Below, piece after piece: positions 45,570-59,152 of a stretch of 64,000 nucleotides of DNA. The translations under genes were made by a program, and so were the position numbers. The DNA comes from Octopus vulgaris (lineage: Eukaryota), in NCBI GenBank assembly GCA_951406725.2, contig OX597839.1, forward strand, positions 40,176,001 to 40,240,000, given 5' to 3'. Position 1 is the first letter of the stretch. Each line of letters opens with the position of its first letter. Under the pieces are notes generated by a model that worked only from the letters and a program-made list of their open reading frames with translations, searched no databases and was not told the origin of the DNA.

Positions 45570-46462
45570 CATTTACACACATAGATACATAAATAAATAC
45601 GTACACACACGCACATATATGTATATTTGCCTGAGTGTTGAAATCTGTGGTAGACTAAATCTGAACAAACGAGAATATGTCGATTTTGGATTATAATGGG
45701 TAGAGCATCACTTTTCTGTCTTTGATCATGGGCCAGCTCTCCTCGGAACTGTCTTATGATTACTCTTATTTAATGTACATCTACGCAACACACAGTCAAA
45801 GCTTATTTTCTTAGACATATCTAGGACAATCCATATATGAAGATAGTAAGTCTTCGCTTGAGGAAGCTTTGTCTGCTATTTCTAGAGGAACGACCAATCA
45901 GACAGAGATCAGTTTATCCAATGGATTATAAAGATAAAAGGGAACCGCGAGTCAGAGGCCCAATTCGATGAGGGAAATCCATTTGAGAAGGGTGAGGTGG
46001 TGGTCATAAGGTAACTCGGTGTGACTAGAAATTAACGTCGAATAACAAACTCGGCGTTCAGAACTATCGATTAGTACCATGTATTGATTTTTAAATCGCT
46101 GTTGATGTTATGGTGATTGTGGTGGTGACTGTTGCTACTACTACTACTACTGCTTATTCTGTATCAGCTGCAACTGATGTTGTCATCATCGTTGTGATTG
46201 TTGTTGCTGCTGTTGTTCTTGTTTCTGGTACGTGTTGTTGTTTTATTTTGTCTTTTTTTGTCTTGGCGTTGTTGTTGTTGCTGTTGTTGTTAAGGTTATT
46301 GTTGATGGAGATATTTGATTTCAGATTTAAAAAAAAAAACAAAATATTTTTGGAATTTGTTTACATAACTCGCTGTTTAAATATACATACACATACACAT
46401 ATATACACGCATCTATGTATATATATATAAATTTGCATTTATATGTATGTATGTATATGTCT

Positions 46463-46520
<58 letters not shown>

Positions 46521-46607
46521 ACATATATTCATACACAAAGAACACGCTTATATATACATACTAATGTTCATCGTTTTGGGCAAGAATATATCAATACACT
46601 TAAGCTA

Positions 46608-46654
<47 letters not shown>

Positions 46655-46726
46655 AATATATACAGACACACTGGTATACATACCTATATATGTGTGTGTA
46701 TGTGTATAAATATGTATGTACATACG

Positions 46727-46772
<46 letters not shown>

Positions 46773-46817
46773 AATGTACGTATATATATTTATATATATA
46801 TATACATGCATACATAT

Positions 46818-46890
<73 letters not shown>

Positions 46891-47415
46891 ATATATTACA
46901 CATAATGCTCTTTCCTCTCACATTGATTACATCAAACTAATGAAACTAGACGTTGAAGGTAGAAGAAAATTAAACCAACTTTATGAAGAACAAATAAACA
47001 AACACACAAACAAACAAACATATAAACATATAAACAAAGAAGCAAAGAATTACATAAAAGAAGAACAACAAAAAGCCCCCAAAAGAAATGCTGAAATTGC
47101 GAAATAAAACAAATAAAATAAATAAATAAATAAAAATTATTAAAAACACATAAAAATTCAACAAAAATAAACAGACGCGAAATGTGAGCGTGATATAAAT
47201 ACGAGGGTAAAGTCAGGTCAAAGGGTTAACATTGGTCGAAAATATAACTAAATTTAAAGTGATATTTGAAGGAAGTGTAGAGTCGTACCTAAGCGAAGGC
47301 GAAGATAAAAATCTATATCTTGGCTGAAAATTATATTTTTAAACTTGTTGACAGAATTAGTTTGGATAATATTTCAGAAATTTCAGAAATACAGAGCTGA
47401 AACATGTCTGGCCCA

Positions 47416-47465
<50 letters not shown>

Positions 47466-47568
47466 GTATATATATACACATGTGTCTGTAAGTATATATG
47501 TTTATACATAGAGTCATGTAATATAGATGGATAGATAGATAGATAGATAGATAGATAAATAGATAGAT

Positions 47569-47600
<32 letters not shown>

Positions 47601-47666
47601 TGTAGGTAGGTAGGTAGATAGATAGATAGGTAGGTAGATAGATAGATAGATATGTAGGTAGGTAGG

Positions 47667-47708
<42 letters not shown>

Positions 47709-47722
47709 TGTAGGTAGGTAGG

Positions 47723-47795
<73 letters not shown>

Positions 47796-47796
<1 letters not shown>

Positions 47797-48452
47797 TGTT
47801 TCTTTATTAGCCACACAGGGCTGCACACAGATAGAACAAATTACAAGGTAGAGCTTTTCTTTTGAAGGTTTAAAAAAAAAAAAAAAAGGAAGGGGGGACT
47901 TTCGATCAAAAGGGATCGTAAAAGGAGAGAAAGAGGACAAAAAAGGGGGGTTAAAAAAAGGGGGAGAGGAAAAAGAATTGATCAATAGGGATCGTTATCA
48001 CAGAAATGTCAATATGAAGTGTAAAGGGGAGGACAGGTGAGGTTTACCCGTGGAAAGAAAAGCCTACGGAAAAGACCACGGTAACCTCGGTCAATGAAGT
48101 CACATTTTATATTTCTTTTTTTTTTTTTTTTTTTGCAAATAAGCAAATCTGTTTTCAGTTTCTGGGTTCATAGGACTATGCTCAAGGTGGCTTCGTCATT
48201 CATACGTGCCATTCTTGCTACATTCACCCATCTTTTTTTAAAACATTCGCTAGACAAAACTTGCCTCTCTACTCTCACTTTCCTTTTCAAGTGGTACTTG
48301 AAGAAGTTGATGAGAGATTGACCAGAGAGGAAAGTGTTTGTCTCCAATCCTTTCAGACGCGTCCACCAGATACATTCTTTCGCCATAGCCACAAGGATGA
48401 TGAAAATAGCTCTTCCTTACCGTTTGAAGGAAGGAGGCGTGACAATATTGAC
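47796..48452 (-). mobile_element. 5'-truncated Tx1/L1-like non-LTR retrotransposon (ORF2 C-terminus plus 3' UTR) within (GATA)n
   Basis: AIFIILVAMAKECIWWTRLK...FKKRWV resembles the AK..IW..R C-terminal motif of L1/Tx1 ORF2; ORF stop 48168; AATAAA near the end; (GATA)n on both sides. Confidence 0.75.
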
Positions 48453-48506
48453 GATAGATAGATAGATAGATAGGTAGGTAGGTAGGTAGGTAGGTAGGTA
48501 GGTAGG

Positions 48507-48591
<85 letters not shown>

Positions 48592-48930
48592 CGTGGCACT
48601 CCGTCGGTTACGACGACGAGCGTTCCAGTTAATCCCATCAACGGAACGGCCTACTCGTGTACCCTTAACGTAGTTCTCAGGCAGATTCAGCGTGACACAG
48701 TGTGACAAGGCTGACCCATTGAAATACATTTACAAGAGAAACTGGAAGAAGGAGTGAGAGAAAGTTTTGGTGAAAGAGTACAGCAGGGTTCGCCACCCCG
48801 AATGACGGGGCCCTCATAGAGCTATTGGTGCTTCGCTCAACAAACACTCGCAAAGCCAGGTCTGGGAATCCAAAACGGGATCCTACGACCGTGAGTCCAC
48901 GCTGTCCTAACCACTGGGCTCTTACGCCAC
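48592..48930 (-). mobile_element. Diverged SINE family C with internal deletion
   Basis: gcactccgtcggttacgacgacgag...cccttaacgtagttctc...cctaaccactgggc. Confidence 0.8.
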
Positions 48931-49216
48931 CGCACACACACACACACACACTCTTGCAGAGGCACCCGGCGTTGCTCGAGAATGAAATTGTTCCATAGAT
49001 ATTGGTGGAAAAAAGCAAAATATGCATGTGTATTTGTTATAATTGATGTTTACATCGTTTACAACCTTCCCTTACTCAGCGTCTCTTTACTTTTAGGGGT
49101 CCCACCATACAGGGTTAGATGGTAGAATAGATATTCTTCTGTCTCAACGGTCTTCGTTAAGGTTCTACTCATCGAATTTAGTTTTCCTTAAATTTATCGC
49201 GTACAAAAAAAATGGC

Positions 49217-49512
49217 CATACGATACGAGTAGACACATACGATACGAGTAGACACATACGATACGAGTAGACACATACGATACGAGTAGACACATACGAT
49301 ACGAGTAGACACATACGATACGAGTAGACACATACGATACGAGTAGACACATACGATACGAGTAGACACATACGATACGAGTAGACACATACGATACGTG
49401 TAGACACATACGATACGAGTAGACACATACGATACGAGTAGACACATACGATACGAGTAGACACATACGATACGAGTAGACACATACGATACGAGTAGAC
49501 ACATACGAGTAG
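49217..49512. repeat. 19-bp minisatellite (CATACGATACGAGTAGACA) x ~15.5
   Basis: Contiguous near-perfect units, one substitution near 49399, no spacers. Confidence 0.95.
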
Positions 49513-49730
49513 GTATATATAGACACATATGCATTCGCATATGCACACAAACACATACATCCATACACACACAGTCATTCGAGTATTCTCAACACATTCT
49601 AAAGAACTATACGAATTATAAGCGTGTAATAATGAAAATGACTTTCCCCTCGGGTTATTCGTTTAACCATGGGCATACAATCAACGCTCATACATATACA
49701 CATACCGACGAAATCACTGAATATAACACC

Positions 49731-50319
49731 TATTTCTTTACAACCCACAAGAGGCTAAACACAGAGAGAACAAACAAGGTCAGACAAACGGATTAAGTCG
49801 ATTATATCGACCCCATTGCGTACCTGGTACTTATTTAATCGACCCCGAAAGGATGAAAGGCAAAGTCGACCTCGGCGGAATTTGAACTCAGGACGTAACG
49901 GCAAACGAAATACCTATTTCTTTATTACCCACAAGGGGCTAAACACAGAGGGGACAAACAAGGACAGACAAACGGATCAAGTCGATTACATCGACCCCAG
50001 TGCGTAACTGGTACTTAATTTGTCGACCCCGAAAGAATGAAAGGCAAAGTCGACCTCGGCGGAATTTGAACTCAGAACGTAACGGCAGACGAAATACCTA
50101 TTTATTTATTACCCACAAGGGGCTAAACACAGAGGGGACAAACAAGGACAGACATAGGTATTAAGTCGATTACATCGACCCCAGTGCGTAACTGGTACTT
50201 TATTTATCGACCCCGAAAGGATGAAAGGCAAAGTCGACCTCGGCGGAATTTGAACTCAGAACGTAGCGGCAGGCGAAATACCGCAAAGCATTTCGCCCGG
50301 CGTGCTAACGTTTCTGCCA
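49731..50319 (-). mobile_element. SINE family A tandem trimer (184-bp period)
   Basis: Units start at 49731, 49915 and 50099; only the last carries the head. Confidence 0.92.
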
Positions 50320-50873
50320 TTTAACAACAGTTTTCAACCAGACTAATATTGCCAAAAATAAAAAAAAAACCAAAAAAACAATCAAACTTGCTTATTCATA
50401 AGCATTTTCATATCAACCAACGTTAGAAAAAAGTATTTATTAGAAACATCCTTAAGGTGAGCTACAGCTGAAATCCAAATATAATAAATTGCTTCTTAGA
50501 CATAGTAATTAAATTAACCAGCGTATGCAGGTGCACGGCTTAATCTTGTGTATGTTAAGTAGATGCCACAAACGACAACGCTTAACTTAAATCTATGCAT
50601 TCATATCATGTACGTAAAATGCAGGTTAAACCTAAGGATAAATTTAAGCACAATTCCTTCTTCAGAAATATAGAGAGCTCTTTTCTATACTTCACCGAAT
50701 CCATTCAACAGTCTTTCAAAGAACAGGAAACTCGTTTCAGCGTTAATTTCAAGTTTTTCGAGCAGCATAGAACATAGAACCGTTAAGAATCTCTGCAGAC
50801 TCGGTTTTATCTGAGAAGACCTTCGTGCTGGAGACGTTGAATAAGTGTGCATTGTGTGAAGGATCTTTTAATC

Positions 50874-51036
50874 ATTTCCTTGTTTCAGTCGATTGACTGC
50901 GGCCATGCTGGAGCACCACCTTTTAGTCGAACAAATCCCCCTCCTCCTAGGACTTATCCATTGTAAGCCTAGTACTTATTCTATCGGACTCTTTGGCCGA
51001 ACCGCTAGTTTACGGGGACGTAACCACACCAGCATC
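50874..51036 (-). mobile_element. SINE family B 3' half
   Basis: ttgtttcagtcgattgactgcggccatgctggagcacc...acaccagcatc. Confidence 0.8.
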
Positions 51037-51160
51037 TGTTTTTATTGGTGTATCTTATTGGCCCCAGACTGATGGGTGGAAACATATGTTGTACCCAATA
51101 AAGATATAATACCAAATATATCTCCCGTTAATTAATATGATATCTGTACGTACTAGCTAC

Positions 51161-51264
51161 GTACTAGCTACGGCGGTACATATTCTAAAATTGGAACGAT
51201 ACAGAGAAGATTAGAGCATGGCCCCTGCGCAAGGATGACACGCAAATTCGTGAAGCGTTCCATA

Positions 51265-51265
<1 letters not shown>
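51161..51265 (+). pseudogene. U6: U6 snRNA full-length copy, probable retropseudogene with (ATT)n tail
   Basis: CTAAAATTGGAACGATACAGAGAAGATTAG[AG]CATGGCCCCTGCGCAAGGATGACACGCAAATTCGTGAAGCGTTCCATAT: ACAGAGA box and ISL intact; 2-nt insertion; oligo-T terminator replaced by (ATT)n. Confidence 0.93.
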
Positions 51266-51316
<51 letters not shown>

Positions 51317-51330
51317 TATTATTTTTTTTT

Positions 51331-51547
51331 AAGCCGGCGAGCTAGCAGAATCGTTAGCACACCGGGCGAAATGCTTAGCGGTATCTCGTCTGCCATTACG
51401 TTCTGACTTCAAATTCCGCCGAGGTCGACTTTGCCTTTCATCCTTTCGGGGTCGATTAAATAAGTACCTGTTACGCACTGGGGCCGATGTAATCGACCTA
51501 ATCTCATTGTTTGTCCCCTCTATGTTTAGCCCCCTGGGGGCAGTAAA
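51331..51547 (+). mobile_element. SINE family A
   Basis: aagccggcgagctagcagaatcgttagcac...ttcatcctttcggggtcgat. Confidence 0.9.
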
Positions 51548-51659
51548 TACATAAATAAATAAATAATTATAAATTGTTATCTCCCCTACTATCCCTCTAG
51601 CGTCTAACGTCTGACCTCTAACGTTTGACCTCCGATCTCTGACTTTTCCTGAAATCAGA

Positions 51660-51866
51660 ACGCCATGTTGGATCGTTAGCCCCTACACGCATTTTTTTCT
51701 CTCCTTGTTTCTTTTCTGTGAATCTTTTTGTAAAAGACTTGTTCTATTTCTATTCCTGAGCGCCATACTAAAACATTGTTTGTTTGTATTCCACCTGCCT
51801 TCGTCTTTTGTTTATTTTCGTAAATCTGCCTTCGTCTTGCGTTTATTTTCGTAAACCTTCCCGTTA
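51660..51866 (+). mobile_element. Penelope pLTR-like element ending in (TA)n, lacking the hammerhead core
   Basis: Shares gtaaaagactt, cctgagcgccatactaa and acctgccttcgtct with 26180-26250. Confidence 0.5.
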
Positions 51867-51887
51867 TATATATATATATATATATAT

Positions 51888-52035
51888 ACGATGGCCTTTC
51901 ACTTCAACCAAATCTACTCACAAGTCATTGGTCGTCTTGAAGTTATAGTAAAAGACACTTTCCCAAAGTGCCGCACAGTGACAATGAACCTGAAAGCATG
52001 TGGTTGAGGATCGATCTTCTTACCCTCATATCCTT
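51888..52035 (-). mobile_element. Diverged SINE family B 5' half
   Basis: tacgatggcctttc...ttatagtaaaagacactttcccaaagtgccgcacagtg. Confidence 0.55.
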
Positions 52036-52289
52036 GTCTGAAAAGACTTAACATTGGCTGTTGCTGTTGTTTAGCCCTAGGTTAGCCTCGATTTATCAGG
52101 CCTATGCAGAAAAGCATTCCTGTCGTGATCAGCTGAGGTAGATGACACTATGTCCCTAGAGATACATTGGTCTAGGCGTTCTAAATACTGCGGGAGTATT
52201 GTAAAATTCGAGAAGTTCTTATTTTTAGCAGGCAGTGCGACCGCTTAGGGGTAATCCGTTTACCAAGTCATCATAAACGACATTATCCT

Positions 52290-53220
52290 CATAACCAGTA
52301 CCAGTATCGCTACCACCAATGCCACCACCACCACCACCAACACCACCACCGCCAGCACCACAATCATAACCATCACCATCACCACCACTACCACCATCAC
52401 TATAACTACCACCACCATCACCACCACCACTACCACCATCACCACCACCACCACCACCACCACCACCACCACCACCACCACCACCACCACCACCACCACC
52501 ACCACCACCACCACCACCACCACCACCATCACCATCACCATCGCCACCACCACCACCACCACCACCACCACCACCACCACCACCACCACCACCATCACCA
52601 CCATCACCACCACCACCACCACTACCACCACCACCACCACCACCGCCACTACTACCACCACCACCACCACCACCACCACAACCACCACCACCATCACCAT
52701 CACCATCGCCATCACCACCACCACCACCACCACCACCACCACCACCACCACCACCACCACCATCACCACCACCACCACCACCACCACCAATACTACCACC
52801 AACAATAACAACAACAAACATGGCAGGATTTAAAACGAAAGTTCCAGTTAGCATCGCGCAATGAATACGGTTCTTATCACCAGGTTTCTAACATTAAATC
52901 GTCACCATCAGCATCACCATCACCAGCACCAACTGCAGCAGTAGTAGCAGTAGCGGTAGCACTATTACCATCAAGGTCATCCACAACACCAACATCATCA
53001 ACATCAACGGCAACAAAAATAAGTTCACACCAACCACAATCACCATCATCATCATCATCATTATCATAATCACCATCATCACCTTTACCATCCTTCTCGC
53101 CCTTCTCTCTCTCCTCCACCTCCTCCTCCTCCTCCTCCTCCTCATCATCATCATCATCATTTCCAACTCAGTTACAATGACAATCCTCAGAAGAGAACCG
53201 CTTCAACATCATCATCATTG

Positions 53221-53268
<48 letters not shown>

Positions 53269-53270
53269 CC

Positions 53271-53301
<31 letters not shown>

Positions 53302-53338
53302 CCTCCATCATCATCATCATCATAATCATCATCATCAC

Positions 53339-53434
<96 letters not shown>

Positions 53435-53437
53435 CAC

Positions 53438-53472
<35 letters not shown>

Positions 53473-53474
53473 CC

Positions 53475-53528
<54 letters not shown>

Positions 53529-53529
53529 C

Positions 53530-53570
<41 letters not shown>

Positions 53571-53571
53571 C

Positions 53572-53647
<76 letters not shown>

Positions 53648-54044
53648 GTCATCATCATCATCATCATCATCATCATCACCATCATCATCAACATTACCAT
53701 CACCATCAATAGAAGCATTTCAATTGTATCATTGCCACCAACGCCATCATAACCATCGTCCTCACAGTTAAAACTGACAAACCAGCGCCGTCGACGTAGG
53801 CATCATCGTCGCCGTTATCATCATCATCATCATCATCATTCACCACATTAACCCTATTAATACAAAAATGGCCATCATCATTATCTTCACCAAAACCATC
53901 GACACAACCGACATCATCATCATCGACGTCGTGGTCGTGGTCGCCTTCATAATTATCAACAGAACCATCATCATCATCATCATCAACAACAGCAGCACGA
54001 TGATTACCATCATCGTCATCATTATTATCACCATTATCATCATC

Positions 54045-54097
<53 letters not shown>

Positions 54098-54330
54098 GAT
54101 CACCACCACCACCAACACCAACACCAACACCGACACCCCCACCACCACCACCAGCAACATTGTTGCCATCCTCACCATCATCATCATCACATCATCCTCA
54201 TCACCACCACCACCACACCCACCACCACCAGCAACATTATTGCCATCATCATCATCATCAGCGCCACCACCACCACCACCACCACCATCGCCACCACCAC
54301 TACCACCAGAGGCAGCATCTCCATCAATAT
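52290..54330. repeat. (ACC)n and (ATC)n trinucleotide arrays, pure and degenerate
   Basis: Directly visible. Confidence 0.9.
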
Positions 54331-55032
54331 CCACCGTCAATGTAAACGTTATCATTTGTCTATGTCTAGCTCTAATTTCCTACAGATCTGTTCTTTCTCA
54401 TGCTGTTGTTGTTGTTCTTCTTCTTGCTGTCGTAGTGGTTGTTGTTTTTGTTTTTGTTGTTGTTGATACCAAAAAGCCGCCATTAACTACCATGATTACA
54501 TCGCTCTGTTTATATCAGCCTCTGAATATAACTGCAACAACTAAAGAAAGACTGGCGCATGCGCACACCACAACACACACTGACACATCACACACACACA
54601 CATACACACACACGCACACACATGACAGGGACATACAAACACACATATAAGTAACTTCGCAATTAGCTATTAAACTATATATATACATATATCAACATAC
54701 ATGTGCCAATACACACGCGCACACACACACACGCGCACACACACACGCATATACACACGCATACACATGTACACATATATATTTGTGTGTATGTATACAT
54801 GTATTTATATACTTATCTGTTAACGTATACACACACGTATATAGATATGTATATTTATGTATATATATATATATGTGTGTGTATGTATAAATAAGTATAA
54901 ATATGTATATTTATATATACATACATATATACATATATACAAATATATATATATACACGTATATATACATATATATATGTATATTCATATATATATATAT
55001 ACATGTATGTAAGTTTATATATATATATATAC

Positions 55033-55125
<93 letters not shown>

Positions 55126-55938
55126 CATACATATATATATATACATTGTATGTATGTACAAGCACAAACTTCCCAATACAAACACACATACCAGAAGTCA
55201 GTTTGTATTAGTCTCAAAGAGGAACAGACTTTTGCTCCTCACCCCCTCACCTCCGACTCAGCACCACCACCGCCTCCACCGGCTCACCATTTCCTTCCCC
55301 CTCACCTTACATTCATCGCCACATATACTAAGACCAACATCATCAGCTTCTCTTTAGGTGCCATCGCAAACTCTACAAATGAAACGCACCAGCGGCAGCA
55401 GCAGCAGCAGACGTAGTAGCAGCAAGAGTAGCAATGGTACCACAACCACCAGCAGTACCAGTAATACCAGCATCCCCACCACCCCCGCTACAAACATCAT
55501 AGCTCCCATCATGGCCAACATCATCACTACCATCATCATTTTTCGCCCCGTCACTACGACCAACAGCACCACCAGTGACCCCTCTGACATAAATATTACC
55601 AGCATTGCAACCAATCTTGGCCCCTCCTGGAGTCGTCACTTAATGAATGCTCTATTAGAAATAGCAAGTAGATATCCCTCAAGCCCAGTCAATCTAATTT
55701 GTCATGATAACAATATGTATAAGTAAATTGTCCCTTCCGTTCGTAGACTAGGCTTGGCACCTTGCACAACCACTAGGAACCTCTTAGCCTCCCTTGCCAG
55801 GCATACAGCGAAGACATCCGCAGTAGAAAATAAAGGCATCCTAGACCATCAGCTTGAAGCTTATTGCGGCCCAGTGTACCTGTACCAGCTGACAACGGTT
55901 AAGCATTAAGTATCATAAAGGCAGTACATAGAGTAAAA

Positions 55939-56171
55939 GAGGTGGCGATCTGGCAGAATCGTTAGCGCGCTGGGCGAAATGCTTAGCAGTATTTCGCCTG
56001 TCGCTTCGTTCTGAGTTCAAATTCCGCCGAGGTGGACTTTACCTTTCATCCTTTCGGGGGCGATTAAATAAGTACCAGTTACGTACTGGGGTCGATGTAA
56101 TAGACTTAATCCCTTTGTCTGTCGTTGTTTGTCCCTTCCATGTCTAGCCCCTTGTGGGCAATAAAGAAATA
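55939..56171 (+). mobile_element. SINE family A, full length
   Basis: ggtggcgatctggcagaatcgttagc...ataaagaaata. Confidence 0.9.
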
Positions 56172-57090
56172 AGTATCAAGTGTGTATAATAGGTCAGAGT
56201 GGGTCATAAGTATCTGATTGTCCTTCTGTACGAGGGAAGAGTTTTCCCTCAGCTTTGGTTCCTCTAAGTTGAAAATTCAATTCAATTTTACCTAGTCGCA
56301 CCAGATTAGCTAAGACTGTTCGTATTTCTGTAATATGGTGACTTTCTTATTCGTTAAATAAATGTCGATGGTGTGATAAATATTATTGAGATAAAACATA
56401 AAGTGTTGAGAATAATTTTTATATCGAATGGAGCAAATAGGTGGAAATATTACAATTTAAATATAAAAAAAATCAAATCAGTTATATGCAAAAGAAGTGG
56501 TATTAAATGAACACAGCCATCTTTGTTTCAAAAATACATGGTGTAAAAGTCAAATTTACTTGGGTATTAATACGGAGAAACGCGCCACTGGCATTTCTCA
56601 CCATCGCCGCAAATCGATTTTCCTCTGCTATTTGTGATTTTTTACAGACATTACTTCCATATGAAATACTGGCTCTGGGTGAATACCACACGGAATTTGT
56701 ATTTCGGTGAGGTATCTGCATTAGGTATGATTGTCAGGCAGCTCTTTTCATGCTGCAGATTAAGACTTTTTATTCAGCCAGGCGGCTAATTGCCACATCA
56801 GCTATTTTCCAGTCACTGTTTTGCACTATTAGTTGTGACAGATTCTTGTCTCATCATGCAGCTGAGTGCAAGTGCACGCTCATGCCCAAAACCAAAGAGG
56901 CAAAAATGCGGACCTAGGATTTACCGCGCCGTTGCTGGATGATTTTCGTCTACGATTTATACATTTGTGTTTTTAAAAACAGTACGTCCATAACAAATAT
57001 TATCTCCGGAACAATACCGCAGTAAAATTTGTCTTTTTGTGACGGATTCCCCTATATATATATATTGTAATATATTTCCATGTATATATA

Positions 57091-57508
57091 TAGGCGCAGG
57101 AGTGGCTGTGTGGTAAGTAGCTTGTTTACCAACCACATGGTTGCGGGTTCAGTCCCACTGCGTGGCACCTTGGGCAAGTGTCTTCTACTATAGCCTCGGG
57201 CCGACCAAAGCCTTGTGAGTGGATTTGGTAGACGGAAACTGAAAGAAGTCCGTCGTATATATCTACATATATATATATGCGTGCGTGTGTTTGTGTGTCT
57301 GTGTTTGTCTCCTAGCATTGCTTGACAACCGATGCTGGTGTGTTTATGTCCCCGCTACTTAGCGGTTCGGCAAAAGAGACCGATAGAATAAGTACTGGGC
57401 TTACAAAAGAATAAGTCCCGGGGTCGATTTGCTCGATTAAAAGGCGGTGCTCCAGCATGGCCGCATTCAAATGACTGAAACAAATAAAAGAGTAAACAGA
57501 GTAAAGAG

Positions 57509-57509
<1 letters not shown>
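57091..57509 (+). mobile_element. SINE family B, full length
   Basis: taggcgcaggagtggctgtgtggtaagtagc...tgactgaaacaaataaaagagt. Confidence 0.92.
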
Positions 57510-57542
<33 letters not shown>

Positions 57543-57554
57543 ACATATATATAG

Positions 57555-57610
<56 letters not shown>

Positions 57611-58489
57611 GGGGGAGGGAAACATGTGTGTATGCGCGCGTGTGTGTGTATGTACTCATAGCTGTGTACCTGAGTATGTACATGAATAAATTGTTAACAT
57701 CGGCCTCCTGGGTTGAATGAATAATATATCGAATTTAATATCACAAATTTCGTTGAAAGTGGAAGATAGTTTTCATTGGTATGTAGACTAAATGATTGAC
57801 TTACACTCAACCACACCCCACACACAATACACACACCACACACTCGCACACTATCACTTATGTAATATCAAATTACGTTTTCGATAATTCGGTATTTTTT
57901 TTCTCTCCATATTTACTTCCCGCAGCAGGTAACCAACATGGCTGACAACGTCTTTAATCTGAGCGAACTATTGACTTCGTTTATCTTATTCGCTACAACG
58001 TATCTCAGACATTCAAAAGTTAAACGAGTGCTAAGGTACTTTAATTTGATATGCAGAGACATTTTCAAATAATTAAAATTTACTGTGCACCGAGGAGAAT
58101 ACGACATGGGTCCAATTACGAATGTTAATGAAAGCTAATCAAGACATAGGGGCGACAAATCCTATATTTTAATTAATTAAAACTAGAAAGAGTCAGAGAG
58201 GGAGGAAAGAAAAAAAACTACAACTCAATGACTAAAATTAATTCTACACTGTTAACACACCAATAATAATTAATAAAATTAGCCACCAACTAGACGTCAT
58301 GTATGCAAATTAGGTTGTTCAGTTTAATGCAGTGCAATTAATTGTAAACATATAGGCAGTAACTGTAGTCTTCGAAAGAAGCTTTTCTGTGAAGATTGAG
58401 ATTAGCCAGGTTGATCTCTTTTTTTGCCATTCCCGACGATCTTTGCATAAAGAAACAACGTGTATGCAACTATCTGTTAATTACCGTTC

Positions 58490-58875
58490 GGAGGCGCAAT
58501 GGCCCAGTGGTTAGGGCAGCGGACTCGCGACCATAGGATCGCGGTTTCGATTCCCAGACCGGGCGTTGTGAGTGTTTATTGAGCGAAAACACCTAAAAGC
58601 TCCACGTGGTTCCGGCAGGGGATGGTGGTGATCCCTGCTGTACTCTTTCACCACAACTTTCTCTCACTCTTACTTCCTGTTTCTGTTGTACCTGTATTTC
58701 AAAGGGCCGGCCTTGTCACTCTCTGTGTCACGCTGAATATCCCCGAGAACTACGTTAAGGGTACACGTGTCTGTGGAGTGCTCAGCCACTTACACGTTAA
58801 TTTCACGAGCAGGCTGTTCCGTTGATTCGGATCAACCGGAACCCTCGTCGTCGTAACCGACGGAGTGCTTCCCCC
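58490..58875 (+). mobile_element. SINE family C, young, 10-bp TSD
   Basis: TSD TAATTACCGT at 58478-58487 and 58876-58885; near-identical to 33984-34370. Confidence 0.93.
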
Positions 58876-59065
58876 TAATTACCGTCATTACATAGAATCT
58901 AGTGACATATTCTGTATTCTGGTACGGTTGTAAAACCAGACACTGTTAACTAACTAGTAAATTATTACACGATCTAGCAAACTAGAACCTTTTATAACAT
59001 GCAATTTTTTCTGCTTAATTAACTAGAGCCATTAATAAAATGATCTTAAGCAGTTTCTCTCTGTT

Positions 59066-59152
<87 letters not shown>

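Noticed and set aside
49217-49512. CRISPR-like array
   Set aside because: Units are contiguous with no spacers, eukaryotic context, no cas genes
52225-52854. Gly-rich structural protein ORF (209 aa)
   Set aside because: Almost entirely (GGT)n with an overlapping poly-Val frame also open; behaves as a microsatellite
55358-55726. Ser/Thr-rich 122-aa ORF after an acceptor-like cttctctttag
   Set aside because: Derived from degenerate CAN trinucleotide repeats with no recognisable domain; cannot be supported without RNA data
56648-56706. Possible 59-nt exon (ttttttacag...cg|gtgagg)
   Set aside because: Splice-like sites are common by chance; peptide unrecognisable; no partner exons
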